A stretch of DNA of 64,000 nt from Chiloscyllium plagiosum. Taxonomy: Eukaryota. The stretch is taken from positions 76,428,849-76,492,848 of the forward strand of contig NC_057719.1 of assembly GCF_004010195.1 (NCBI RefSeq). The letters are read 5' to 3'. The translations under genes were made by a program, and so were the position numbers. How positions within the stretch are numbered: the first letter of the stretch is position 1; the number at the start of each line of letters is the position of its first letter. The notes beneath the pieces are model-generated. The model was not told where the DNA came from. It saw only the letters and a list, made by a program, of their open reading frames with translations, and did not search any database. Positions 53,201 to 64,000 of this stretch are shown piece after piece.

Positions 53201-53549
53201 GTGAGGGCGTGACTGGGCGGGCACCCGATGGGAACATGACTCATTTCCAAATCTTTGTCCAAATTCATTGCCAGCTGAGCCATTTCCCAACACACAAAAA
53301 AACACCAACAGAATGAAAAAGGGGCGGTGGCTGGGGGAAGCAAACTTGCATGAATCTGAGGATGGACACTTCAAAAGCTGGTCTTGGGCAAGAGATGGAG
53401 TAGTGTGAAATTAAAACAACCTGCCTCTGGGGGGAGGAGGGAAGGGGGCAAAAGGTAGTGGAAACCGGGAGGGCAGAACTCCCCAACGTTAGACATGAAG
53501 AAAACTATCCTCTATTTTGCTTAGAACCCTCTCGCCCCCCCCCCCCCCC

Positions 53550-53935
53550 CCGGGTTTACTCTCAGTAAGGCTGACCTGTTCCTCTGCCATTCATGCCCAT
53601 CATTAACATCGGCTGTTCACCCACATCCCTGCTGGCAAAGTTCCATTCCCACTCCCTTAGCCTTTTTCCACCTTTCCCATTGGAACCACCCGGTCTTCTC
53701 CCTGTGCTTCCCGCCCCCGCAGCATTAAAATGAAACTCCGTCACTGTGGGGTCTTTTAGCTCAGGGGTACCTAACCTGGATGTGTGTCACAACACAAAGC
53801 TGATCAAAAAAAACTTTAATAATTTTAAAAAAAAACTTTTCCGGCCCCCTTCAGTTCTGAAGAAGTCACATTGGAACTCAAAACATTGACTCTCTCTCTC
53901 TCTGCACAGATGCTGACAGACCTGCTGAGTTTGTG
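53550..53935 (+). mobile_element. Penelope-like 3' fragment, degenerate hammerhead
   Basis: cagttctgaagaagtc...actcaaaacattgactctct...cagatgctgacagacctgctgagttt. Confidence 0.55.
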
Positions 53936-54399
53936 TGGTGATGTGGAAAACGGGTGATTTGTTTTAGAGGGTGTGGCTGATCTGGTTTATGTGTGTGTAT
54001 GAGAGAGAGAGAGATTTTTATACCCTGCAGTGAATTCGACCAATCGTTAACACGTCTTAAATGTACGACTTGAAGGGTGATTCGAGGTGCATTTAACCTC
54101 GACCCCGCTTCTCTCTCTCTCTCTCTCTCTAAACCGCTTCCAACTCTTTCTGTGATCTGTGATTTGCTTCTGCTCACCTCTCTCGACACTGATCGCTTTA
54201 ATTAGAAACTGAATCAGGGTTGGATTACGTGTGGATGGTTCCAACTCTTCCGGGTCGACAATGATTTTTTAAGGGGGAAAAAAAACCACACACACATAAG
54301 AAGGGCAGATCGGAGTGAGTGGTGGACAATTCCTGCAATCAGTTCTAGGCAGAGAGACGTAAACAGACAAACCAGCCAGCAGAAGGTGTGCTAGCAAAC

Positions 54400-54438
54400 A
54401 TGAGGTATCGGGTCGGCGCTGGTGGCAGCAGCAGCTAA
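54400..54438 (+). promoter_or_regulatory. uORF MRYRVGAGGSSS*, in frame with TTC9
   Basis: aacATG...TAA gag ATG; assumes this region is in the 5'UTR. Confidence 0.5.
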
Positions 54439-54441
54439 GAG

Positions 54442-54832
54442 ATGGAAGAGAAAGCGGTGCCTGGGAGCCAGTGCAGCTCCGACGCTGGGCGGCCAGGAGA
54501 TGCTGGTGGGTTGGGCGCAGGGTCAGCTACTCCCCGGACTGTCTCCAAGTGCGAGCACGGTCAGCCGGACTCCCAAGGCACCCTTCACAGAGCCCTGGAC
54601 TTCAAGCTGCAGGGCAACCAGTGCTACAAGGCGAAGAAATTCCGAGAAGCCATCGGCAAGTACCACCGGGCTCTGCTGGAGATGAAGGGCTTCCTGGCGG
54701 TCACCGACCCCGAGCCGTCCCCGGCTGTCCCGGTGCAGCCTTCCTCCTGCGGGAGGGCGCCGGTCACACTGACCGAGGAGGAGAGGAGGCTGCTGGAGAG
54801 TAGCGAGATCGAGTGTTACAACAGTCTGGCGG
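54442..54832 (+). CDS. TTC9: Tetratricopeptide repeat protein 9 (TTC9/TTC9A), coding exon 1
   Basis: RALDFKLQGNQCYKAKKFREAIGKYHRALLEMKG...LTEEERRLLESSEIECYNSLA, then phase-1 donor G|GTAAG. Assignment to paralog A rests on the MED6 neighbourhood. Confidence 0.92.
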
Positions 54833-55392
54833 GTAAGCCTCCCCCCCCCCCCCCAAAAGCCTTGTCCCGCGCAATTTACTGCTCTGTGTGTGTGTGTGTT
54901 TGTCTCTCGGAGCCACCTCGCCCAGAGTTCACCCGCTCCTTTTCCAGCCGGGATCAGCCGCCCCCATTCCTTGCTCCTTCAGCATGATATCCATCTGCTG
55001 AGGGATGGCCATAATTGATGGCATTTCTGAGTTCGTGGACCCTCAGGTTGGAACTGAAGTACTTCAGGCAACCTTCAACCCCAGATATATTCCAACTACC
55101 TGCATCCGTTCCCCTACCCCTGTAACTTGCGTTGCACTGGGATTTGCCAGGACGATATATTGGCTTATCATGTTGTGGAGAGCATGACATCACTGGGTGC
55201 AGTTTACACCCAGGGTTGTGAGACCAAGGACACGTTTAGAGGATGTAATACCACAGAAGTGATTCACAAGGATGTTATTCAGGAAAATGCCAGGCTATTC
55301 CTTACCCCGTGGACAGCGTGTGCTGACCAATTCCCAAGGGAATATGCTACCGTCCTATAGAAGCCGGAATTCTGCATGTTTTGGAGCTGTAG

Positions 55393-55860
55393 TCACAGAG
55401 GAAGTGGTGGAGGCTGGTACAATTACAACTTTAAAAGGCATAGAGATGGATATATGAATAGGGAGGGTTTAGAGGGATATGGGACAACTGCTGGCAAATG
55501 GGACTAGATTAATTGAGGATACCTGGTCACCACAGACAAGTTGGAGCAAAAGGTCTCTTTCTGTGCTGTACATCTCTATAACTGCAGATGCTGGAAATCT
55601 TAAACAAATACAGAAATTGGCAGAGAACCTCAGCAGGTCTGACAACATAAGACCATAAGACATAGGAGCGGAAGTAAGGCCATTCGGCCCATCGAGTCCA
55701 CTCCACCATTCAATCATGGCTGATGGGCATTTCAACTCCATTTACCCGCATTCTCCCCGTAGCCCTTAATTCCTTGTGACATCAAGAATTTATCAATTTA
55801 ACATCTGTGGAGAGAAAGCAAGGTTAATGTCCACGTCCAATGACCCTTTTTCAGAACTGG
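55393..55860. mobile_element. Nested CR1 tail (+), Penelope-like fragment (-) and CR1 tail (-, about 55646-55797)
   Basis: Matches to 34195-34380, 17250-17345 and 47248-47400 respectively. Confidence 0.7.
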
Positions 55861-56122
55861 GCAGCACAGTGCTGCCTCACAGCGCCAGGGACCTGAGCCC
55901 AATTCCAGCCTTGGGTGACTGGGTGAAGTTTGTACCTTCTCCCTGTGTCTGCATGGGTTTCCTCTGGATGCTCCAGTATCGTCCAAGAGCCCAAAGAAGT
56001 GCAGACTAGGTGGATTGGCCATGTTAAATCTGGGATTACAGGGATAGGTTGTGGGTCTGCGTGGCATGCTCCTTGATGGGCCAAATGGCCTCCTTATGCA
56101 CTGCAGGAAGTCTATGATTCTA
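55859..56122 (+). mobile_element. HE1-type SINE, degenerate
   Basis: gctgcctcacagcgccagggacc...gggtttcctctggatgctcc. Confidence 0.75.
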
Positions 56123-56293
56123 CATCTATATTAAACCCAGCCAGTGATTTGGCACAATATCCAAAGTGGCATATGAAGCAGTTTACAATGTTCACAGGTA
56201 ATTAAAATAAGCTACCCAAGTATGAAACATCCAATGCAGAAATGCCTCTCTGCCATGTGTGTATTAGGCTAAAAGCAGCCCCCACACTACACT

Positions 56294-56472
56294 ACAAACC
56301 AGCCAGCAGAAGGTGTGCTAGCAAACATGAGGTATCGGGTCGGCGCTGGTGGCAGCAGCAGCTAAGAGATGGAAGAGAAAGCGGTGCCTGGGAGCCAGTG
56401 CAGCTCCGACGCTGGGCGGCCAGGAGATGCTGGTGGGTTGGGCGCAGGGTCAGCTACTCCCCGGACTGTCTC
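56294..56472 (+). repeat. 179-bp exact duplicate of TTC9 5'UTR and start (54367-54545)
   Basis: No mismatches found by eye. Confidence 0.95.
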
Positions 56473-58544
56473 ACCTACTTGCCCACCCAGCCACATTGTC
56501 ACTATATGCCCAGTAGGTACAGACAAGGACCCCTGCAATTTTGTACAATTTGTAAGCAAGCTTTAATTCCAAGCTCCTGTTATTGACTGGGTATGATCTC
56601 CATATTCTGTGCTATGAATATTTCAGAAGAATATATTAGCATAAAGCATAATGGTCTTTGGAGAAAAGAAAACTTAGAAACATATACTCAATCAAAATGT
56701 TAGTAAGCTTTTAGAATTAAATGATTGGAGTCTTATACTAATAAATCAATAACTACATATGAAGTAGTTATGTAGTGCTTGAATGCAAACTCAAATTATA
56801 CCTATTGATCAGTGTTGCCACTTGCATGCAAAATAAATAAACTTTTGATACAAAGAAGCACCAACACATCACAAAGTACTTGAAATATGATTGGTTCAAT
56901 TTGCTACAGCAATATTAATAGCTAGCCTAACAAGGAAGTTAAAGCTAGTTTATAGATGATAACCAGAGTTAAATCTAGTCAACCATCTTAATTGTCCAAG
57001 AGGTGGCTGGCCTGTCAATTACTTGCTACAAGAAGGTACCAAGACAGCTTGTGTCCACAGGCTATTTCTTTTAAAGGCTGCTGCTGACTTTGTACCATTC
57101 AATGTCCCTCGTACACATTTGATAGAAAGTTTAGGCTAGCATCTGCCAAATATTTTCCCACTGTGACTCCATTTTGACACTTGAAAATGGTCATGACCAC
57201 CTTGTTGGTGAGAGCTGAGAGAGTGGGGAACCTGGCTGTTGTAACTTGATGCAAACTCAATGGTGGCCACTACTGCTTCGCATCTCACGATCTCCCTTGG
57301 AGTATGGACCTTTGTTTTGGCTTACATCAAGGGTCAACATAAGAACAAAGGCTTTAGGAATAAGCCCTTTGAGTCCACTGTGCTATTCAATCAGATCATA
57401 GCTGACCTGGTTGTGGTCTACTTTCTAGAACACTTGGCTTCTTTGTCAACAAAAAAAGCCTTGTAACTCAGGCTTGAATATATTTAATGACCCAGCCTCC
57501 ACTGCTCTCTAGGGGAAGAGATTTCCACTGACTAATGAACCTCTGAGAAAATAATTGTCCAACAATGTGCAAAATGTACAACTATTGCATGTTTTTGGTT
57601 TCTGAACTGGAAAAAGAATTGAAGAAAATCTAAATTTTGCTAAGTCTGTAAGCAGACGGATGCATCATGAGTTGATTACTGAAGTGGTGGTATCCCCAAC
57701 TCTCAACCATCTGCTGCAAGCATTTTAAAGTAGAAATGTCCCTAACTTGTAGAGAGCAGACATCATCAACCCAGCAGTCATCATGAAGGGAGATTAACCT
57801 GCTGGAGAATTCCAAAATCAGTCTGTGTGTGTAAATACCAAATAAAACATTTAAATCAAATCTGAGATTAGACTGTGACAATGAAGAGATTAATTGATGG
57901 AGGGACTTTGCAATACGTGCAAGTGTGACATCACACACTTGCTTCTAACAATTGCTTCGGACTTAACACTGCAGCTATAAAATCAGAAAAAGCATAGATT
58001 TGCAGTGGAAAATGTACATTTAAAATATTAATGGAAAATCCACAGAATGACTAGAACGCCAATGGAATTCATATAACACGAGAGAATCTTCCAGCGAGCC
58101 ACACAAATCCACTGTAATCCACTGCTGGTAGCTGTGCTGACTCATACATTTGATAAGGGGAAGTGGTACGATAGAGAAATTCAGTCCGTTCTTGAGGTCT
58201 TTTAGAGAGCAAGGTAAGTCTGAATGCAAATTTCAGACTGCAGTTCAATAAAACCTACAAAGTCAATGCAAGCAAAAATCAAGACAGATGTATAAACGGT
58301 GGCTAATCCAATATTCTAACCTTGTGTATGCTATCATCACAAGTTAAAATGACCTGAGCCAGTATTGACAGGGACATCAACCACCTGGGGGAAAATCATA
58401 TCCTGTCTTCATTGTACATTAACTGGCACTTTCCAGTAACAGTGGGAATAGGAATTCTTGTTGGAGGAACGAAGATAATACTTGTGACTTGTGCAGGTGA
58501 AATCACCAATCAAATTCCCCTCGCCCTTAAGTTAGCACTGATGT

Positions 58545-58725
58545 ACACAAGCAGGAGGCTGGAAGAACACAGCAAACCAGGCAGCATCAGGGGGTGGAGA
58601 AGTCAGCATTTTGGATGTAACCCTTCCTCAGGACTTCACCTCCTGATGCTGCCTGGCTTGCTGTGTTCTTCCAGCCTCCTGCTTGTCTACCTTGGATTCC
58701 AGCATCTGCAATTTTTTTGTCTCTA
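58545..58725. mobile_element. Penelope-like inverted fragment
   Basis: caagcaggaggctggaagaacacagcaa / ttgctgtgttcttccagcctcctgcttg; reverse cctgaggaaggg. Confidence 0.65.
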
Positions 58726-60334
58726 CTTAAGTTAGTACTTGCTAGGTGCCAATTCCGTGTGTGGATACCAGTGTTTTACACATTCATTTTGAAAAGCAGA
58801 ATGTATTTTACAGTGCACAATGTTGCTATTTTAATACTGAGCAGGACTAATTTTCTTAGATTGGAAATGATATGATTAAAAGTGTGTTTGTATCAAATCA
58901 TCATTCCTCCAGCATTGAAGTCCTCAATGTAAGTTTATCCGCCTTCAGGTCTCTTGCTTCCTTCAGAGTTGCACATAGTTATGTTTTTGTTGGTGTAGCT
59001 TGGTTTATATTTTTCTTATTCCCACTAAGTTTTTTTTTGGCCATTATAACTTTATTCAAAAATGCTGAGATCAATTGTATTTAACTCTTGAGTATCCATC
59101 ATAGTCCTAACATTCTCTATGAAATGTGCCCCTTATCAGTTAAGCTGATTCTGTTGACTGCTAAAGCCACATATTTGCAGGCTAGAAATACCATAGTTTG
59201 AAGTCTCTACACTAATGGGATCCAGGTTTGTTGTGGGGGGGGTGTGGATATGGAGAAACAATGGATAAAATGTAGAGGAGTGTTTTCCATTGCTGTGACA
59301 AAGGCTTGTGTTGATATAGTCAGCAGGGCTACTGTAGATGGCGCTCTTGTGTCATCTCGCAATCTTCAGCAATGCTATTTGCAATCACCATAATTGTCAT
59401 CGGGGCAATGGTATTTGTACCCAGAAGGAGGTACCAAGGGGTGAATAAGAATTGAAGTAGTACGCTTTAGCAGGAAAAAAGCACTAGAGACACTTGAAGC
59501 AGTAAATTCTCAGGACCTGATCGTCTGCATCCCAGGACTACATAGTTGTGGATGCAATGGTTATGACTTCCCCAGCTTCTAGATTAGGCATTGTGGATTG
59601 GAAGCTAGCAACTGTTCCATCAATATTCAGGATGGGAGGTAATGGGGAACATGAAGGCCAGTTATCCTGAATTCCTGAGTTGTTGAGGAAAATGCTGGAA
59701 TTATTAAGGAAGTCCTAGCAATATACCTTGAATCAATGTGATCAGCCAAATTCAACGTGGTTTTCAAAAATTGTTTCTGAAATTTATTTATTGGTGCTTT
59801 TTGATGTACCTATTCAGGAATGTCATAGAGTCATAGAGATGTACAGCATGGAAGCAGACCCAACCCGTCTATGCCGACCAGATATCCCAACCCAATCTAG
59901 TCCCACTTGCTAAAGGGGAACAAGTAGATGCAGAATACTTGGATTTCCAAAAGATGTGCAATGAAGAGCCACACAAAAAAAAATGCACAAGATAAGGGCT
60001 GAAGAAGTGGGGGTAATATATTAGCAAGGGCAAGTGATTTGGTATGGATAGGAAGAAGAAAGTAGGGATAAGCAGGACTCTGTACAAGAAAGGACAAAGA
60101 CAGCAGATGTTGGATGATCTTAGGTTGATGCTAGGTAGAAAATGAAAGATCATCCAGAAGAGGTCAGTTAATGCAGAAAGAACTCTCCCTTCCTGAAAGA
60201 TGGGCAAATTACTGGTTCGCCACATGTGTCAAAGGCATGTTGTCCTATCAAACTCAGTGGGGAATGCATCCATTTCTAAAGGCTGCTTACTTGTTACATT
60301 CATTAATCTACTAGGTTGCACGTGTGAACTCATT

Positions 60335-61500
60335 TTTCTTTCATAAGAAGTGGCCATTGCTGGTTATGCCACCATTTATTGACTGTCCACTTTTTCTCTT
60401 GGGAGGCAATTAAGGAAGTAATAGCAAACCACCTTCTTGAATCATTGCACCCCATCTACACCAGGCACATCCACATGCTGTTTGAACGCAAGTGAAAAAA
60501 TAGTGATATAATTCTAAATTGGGATGATGTGTCTAGGAGGAGAACTTGCAGGTGGTGGTGTCCCCATACAGCTGAAGTCCTTGTATTTCCGTGTGGTAGA
60601 CCTTGCAGATTTGAAAGGTGGTTTTGAAGGGGGCTCAGGAATGTTGCTGCAGTGCATCTCGTAGTTGGTACACACTGCTGCCACTGTACATCAGGTGATG
60701 GAGGAAGTGAATGTTTAAGGTGGTTGGAATGCATGTCAAGTGAGCTGATCAGTCCCAGATTGTGCCCAGCTTCTTGAGTTGTTAAAGTCAGTCATCCAAA
60801 AAGGTGGAGCACTTTCCATCTCACTCCTGACTTCTGCCTTGTAGATGGTTGACAGGTAGGAATCAGGGAGAAAACACTCTAGTCATTGGAGTTGTGCCTT
60901 GCTCAAAGGAAGATTGTTTTAGGTGTTGAAGAGAATCAACACATATGACATCAGTGGAGAAGTTCCTCATGGTTGTATTCTCAATTCCACCATCTTAAAG
61001 TTGTTCCAACAATGACAGGCTTCATGGAGTCAAAACTGAGCTACTTGTCTGAGAACTTCCAGCTTCTGAACTGCTTTTGTAGCCAGAGTACTTATAGTTC
61101 CGTTTCTAATCAACATTAACCCCAGGATTTAGATGTCTGTGTGTGCCATAGACTGTCAAAGGAAGATGATTACATTCTGTCTTGTTCTCTTGTTGCCTAA
61201 TACTTTTGTGTGGCGTGAATGTTTCCTGCTGCTTATCAGCCCAAGCCTGAACATTGCTGGTCTTGCTACATATGGTAACTGACTGCTTCAGCCCACTTAT
61301 GAAGGAGGGAAGGCCATTGTTGGAACAACTTTGAGATGGTGGAACTGAGAATACTACCCTGAGGAGCTTCTCCACTGATGTCATTCGTGTTCATTCTCTT
61401 CAACAACTAAAACAATCTTCCTTTGAGCGAGGCACAACTCCAATGAATAGAGTGTTTTCTTCCTGATTTCTACTTGCAACAATTTTGCTAAGGCTCCTTG
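60335..61500 (-). mobile_element. Old CR1-like LINE remnant
   Basis: Similar to 31745-32105; QAWADKQQETFTPHK in ORF 61106..61384. Confidence 0.65.
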
Positions 61501-64000
61501 AGTGAAAGTGGAACGAAGTGTGAGAGACTGGATTCCTGCCAGTTGTTGCTATGGCAACTGGTCGTCAGTCAAAGCTGTAATGAAAACTCCTGCTTTTTTT
61601 TTTAGTTCTTATCACTGTAGATTTAGAGGCTTCAATTAATTCTGGCCAGGGAAGATATGTTTCAGCGCTGTTTGATTAAGATAACGGTTTGTGGGTATCT
61701 AGCTATAGTTGGGTGTGAACTTTGAAGGTGAGCTTTAATACCTGGCTAAGGTGCTGATACACTGAAGCTTTGCTACTTAGCCCAGTAGTTGCCATGGAAA
61801 TTGTGAGCAGCCAATTAGAAAACACTCTGATAAGGTACAGCCATAAAATATGTGCTTGGATCCCTAATAAGATTTTGCATTATATTAAGTGAATTAAAAT
61901 GCAGTCTTGTTTATTTAAATATTTTCTTATATAATGCACCTTAGATTAATAAGGTGTAGCATTCAAGAATTCAGTCAATGGTATTTTAGCCTTAATTGCA
62001 AAGGGTTGGAGTATAAGAATCAGGAAAGGTCACTACCATTTCTGACACTAGTTCTTGAACATTTTAGGTTAAAAGATCCTCTTTCAAATAACGTAGTAAT
62101 CATGGATTGCATCCAAGTTATAACAGCATAAACTCATACTCATATAATATAGCAGAATTGCATGTCAAGGACATTTTAATAATGTTTTTCAGAAAACAGG
62201 TATTCATCTATACATTTCAATGAGATGGCTTTCTCTGTATCTCAATGCATCGCCTATCAGTGATGTAGTGCTTGCCAGTGATACTTGTAAATCACACTAT
62301 ACAAAAGCAAGTGTTTCTTTTTAAGAATAAAAAGGTTCAAACTGCAGAATGGGATCTCTGTAAACATCTGTAAAATTCCCATCACATTTAAAAACAGAAT
62401 TTGATCTATTTATAGTCTGGTTAAGCAGTGGCTCTGCAGGGCTCAGAGTGACTAATCTGAGAAGCTAAAGATTGATCTGAGACAACTTCTTAAGTTAACC
62501 TGCTGCCTGCCCCCAAACCAGTGGGAGAATCTAGAATTGGGTTCAGGATTAGCGATCATCCATTTAAGACAGGTGAAGAGGGATTTCTCCTCTCCAGTTG
62601 TGAATTTTAGAATGCTTGACATCAAAGTTGCTTAGGAGTTGTGTCATCAGATATAGGTGAGGCTGAGATACAATTTTTGTTTTAAAATATTAAAAAGCAA
62701 GGATTACAGGGAGCAGGAAAGAATGTTTTTAGATTCAGGGTTTATTGTCACATGTACTGCAGTGCAGTGAAAAATGTACAAAGTAGCCATTCCTGGTGCC
62801 ATTTTAGCCACAAAGGTACCTATGTATAAAATCTTAGGTAGAAAAATAAAGAAATAAGTTTAAAAAGTTCAACACTACAGTTCTTAGTATGGCTAAGCTC
62901 AGATCAGCCCTGATATTACTGAGTGATGAAGCAGATTTGAGGGCATGCAGCCTACTTGTGCTCCTATTTCAATTGCTATGTACAGCACATACACTGCCAC
63001 CAAAATATGATTTAGGAGCAAGAGAAGGGCATTTGTCCCCTCAAGCACATTCTATCATTCAATGAGATCATGGCTGATCATCAGCTCCACATTCTTGCCT
63101 ACCCCTGGAACCATTGGCTCCCTTGTTGCACCCTCTGCCTTTTAAAAGAATTCAGTGAAGCAAAAAAAAACTCTCATTCTCAGAGCTTCCAAATCTCTTC
63201 ACAACCAATGAAGTATTTTAGAAGTAGTCACTTTTGAAATGTAAGGAATATGGCAGCCTAGGTTATGTGCTCACAATATTCCGACTCAGTGGTGAGGTTA
63301 GTATTTCTTACCCAGCACTTCATGTAGTCTTGAGATACAAAGGATCTCACTGAGCTTACTGGGATGAACTTAAACCTGTGGAGATTCGTGGTAAACCCAG
63401 GATGAAGGGTGAAAATGACAAGGACTTGTTATAGAATTTGTTGGGGTTAGGTAATTGATGTCTGGGAGGAGTGTCACAGGCACTCAATGCCTGGACCACT
63501 ACTACTTCCAATCCAGGATGTAAAATAGTAAATAGCTAGTTAATAAGTGTTGCTCTTGCAGTTAATGTTTAAAACAGATTTTACAAAATGCTGCTGAAAG
63601 TGATTTTTGTTGAAAAGATATTAATAATGTTTAAGGATGTTATGTAGGACATTGCTACAATTGTTCTTGTAGATTTATCCATTGCTTATTCTCATCTTTG
63701 AGTATTATTTAAATTACGTGGCTGAAAAAACATCTTTTATGTAAACACAACGTTTTAATGTATTAACAGTTAGCCAATTATGATTTCAATAGTTTAAGTG
63801 TGTATTTACATATCTATTCCAATCTATGAAAATGATCTGGATTCAGAAATTCAAAGTAATATTCTGGAAGATCCAGTAGAGGCCAAACTAGGAGGACCAG
63901 TGGATTCAAAGAAGGCAGCTCAGAAATTACAGCAAGAACTGTGCAAAATGTAATAACTGCGCAGAACAGTGACAAATGAAATTTAACAGAGAAAACAAAA

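Larger units (their letters stand above)
54230..54990 (+). promoter_or_regulatory. CpG island over TTC9 promoter/exon 1
   Basis: High GC and CpG content relative to the flanks. Confidence 0.65.

Noticed and set aside
54833..54987. C-terminal part of the 181-aa ORF
   Set aside because: Intron read-through past the GTAAG donor; TTC9 similarity ends at NSLA
55298..55320. REST/RE1 site (ggacagcg)
   Set aside because: Only the right half-site matches
63840..64000. TTC9 exon 2
   Set aside because: Reads like decayed CR1 RT (AKLGGPVDS...KLQQEL); no ACLLQ/NYERV motif found anywhere in the window

Overview
Repeat-rich vertebrate genomic DNA, very probably from a shark: it carries elasmobranch-type HE1/V-SINEs and HER1/CR1 LINEs. 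Two divergently transcribed host genes bracket about 50 kb of intergenic sequence. A 22-nt first coding exon of MED6 (minus strand, 4338-4359) sits in a CpG-rich promoter, and exon 1 of TTC9 (plus strand, 54442-54832) is followed by its first intron. No further exons of either gene were recognised. The rest is mostly decayed mobile DNA: CR1, L2, Gypsy, Harbinger-type Myb/SANT remnants, Penelope-like fragments with hammerhead ribozyme cores, and SINEs. The most unusual structure is a Tx1-like LINE that appears to insert just downstream of the TATA box of a short LTR-like element. Both copies of that LTR are split there. Tx1 3' ends build tandem arrays, one of which encloses an unidentified unique sequence, and a second unidentified ORF-bearing segment nearby is joined to another repeat of the same nested insertion. 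Other oddities: a perfect 179-bp copy of the TTC9 5'UTR/start inside its own intron, an in-frame uORF, and a minisatellite whose degenerate units overlap the MED6 splice donor. All identifications are by eye and recall, without database searches. Repeat boundaries are approximate. There are two N gaps (3720-3983 and 25364-25509).
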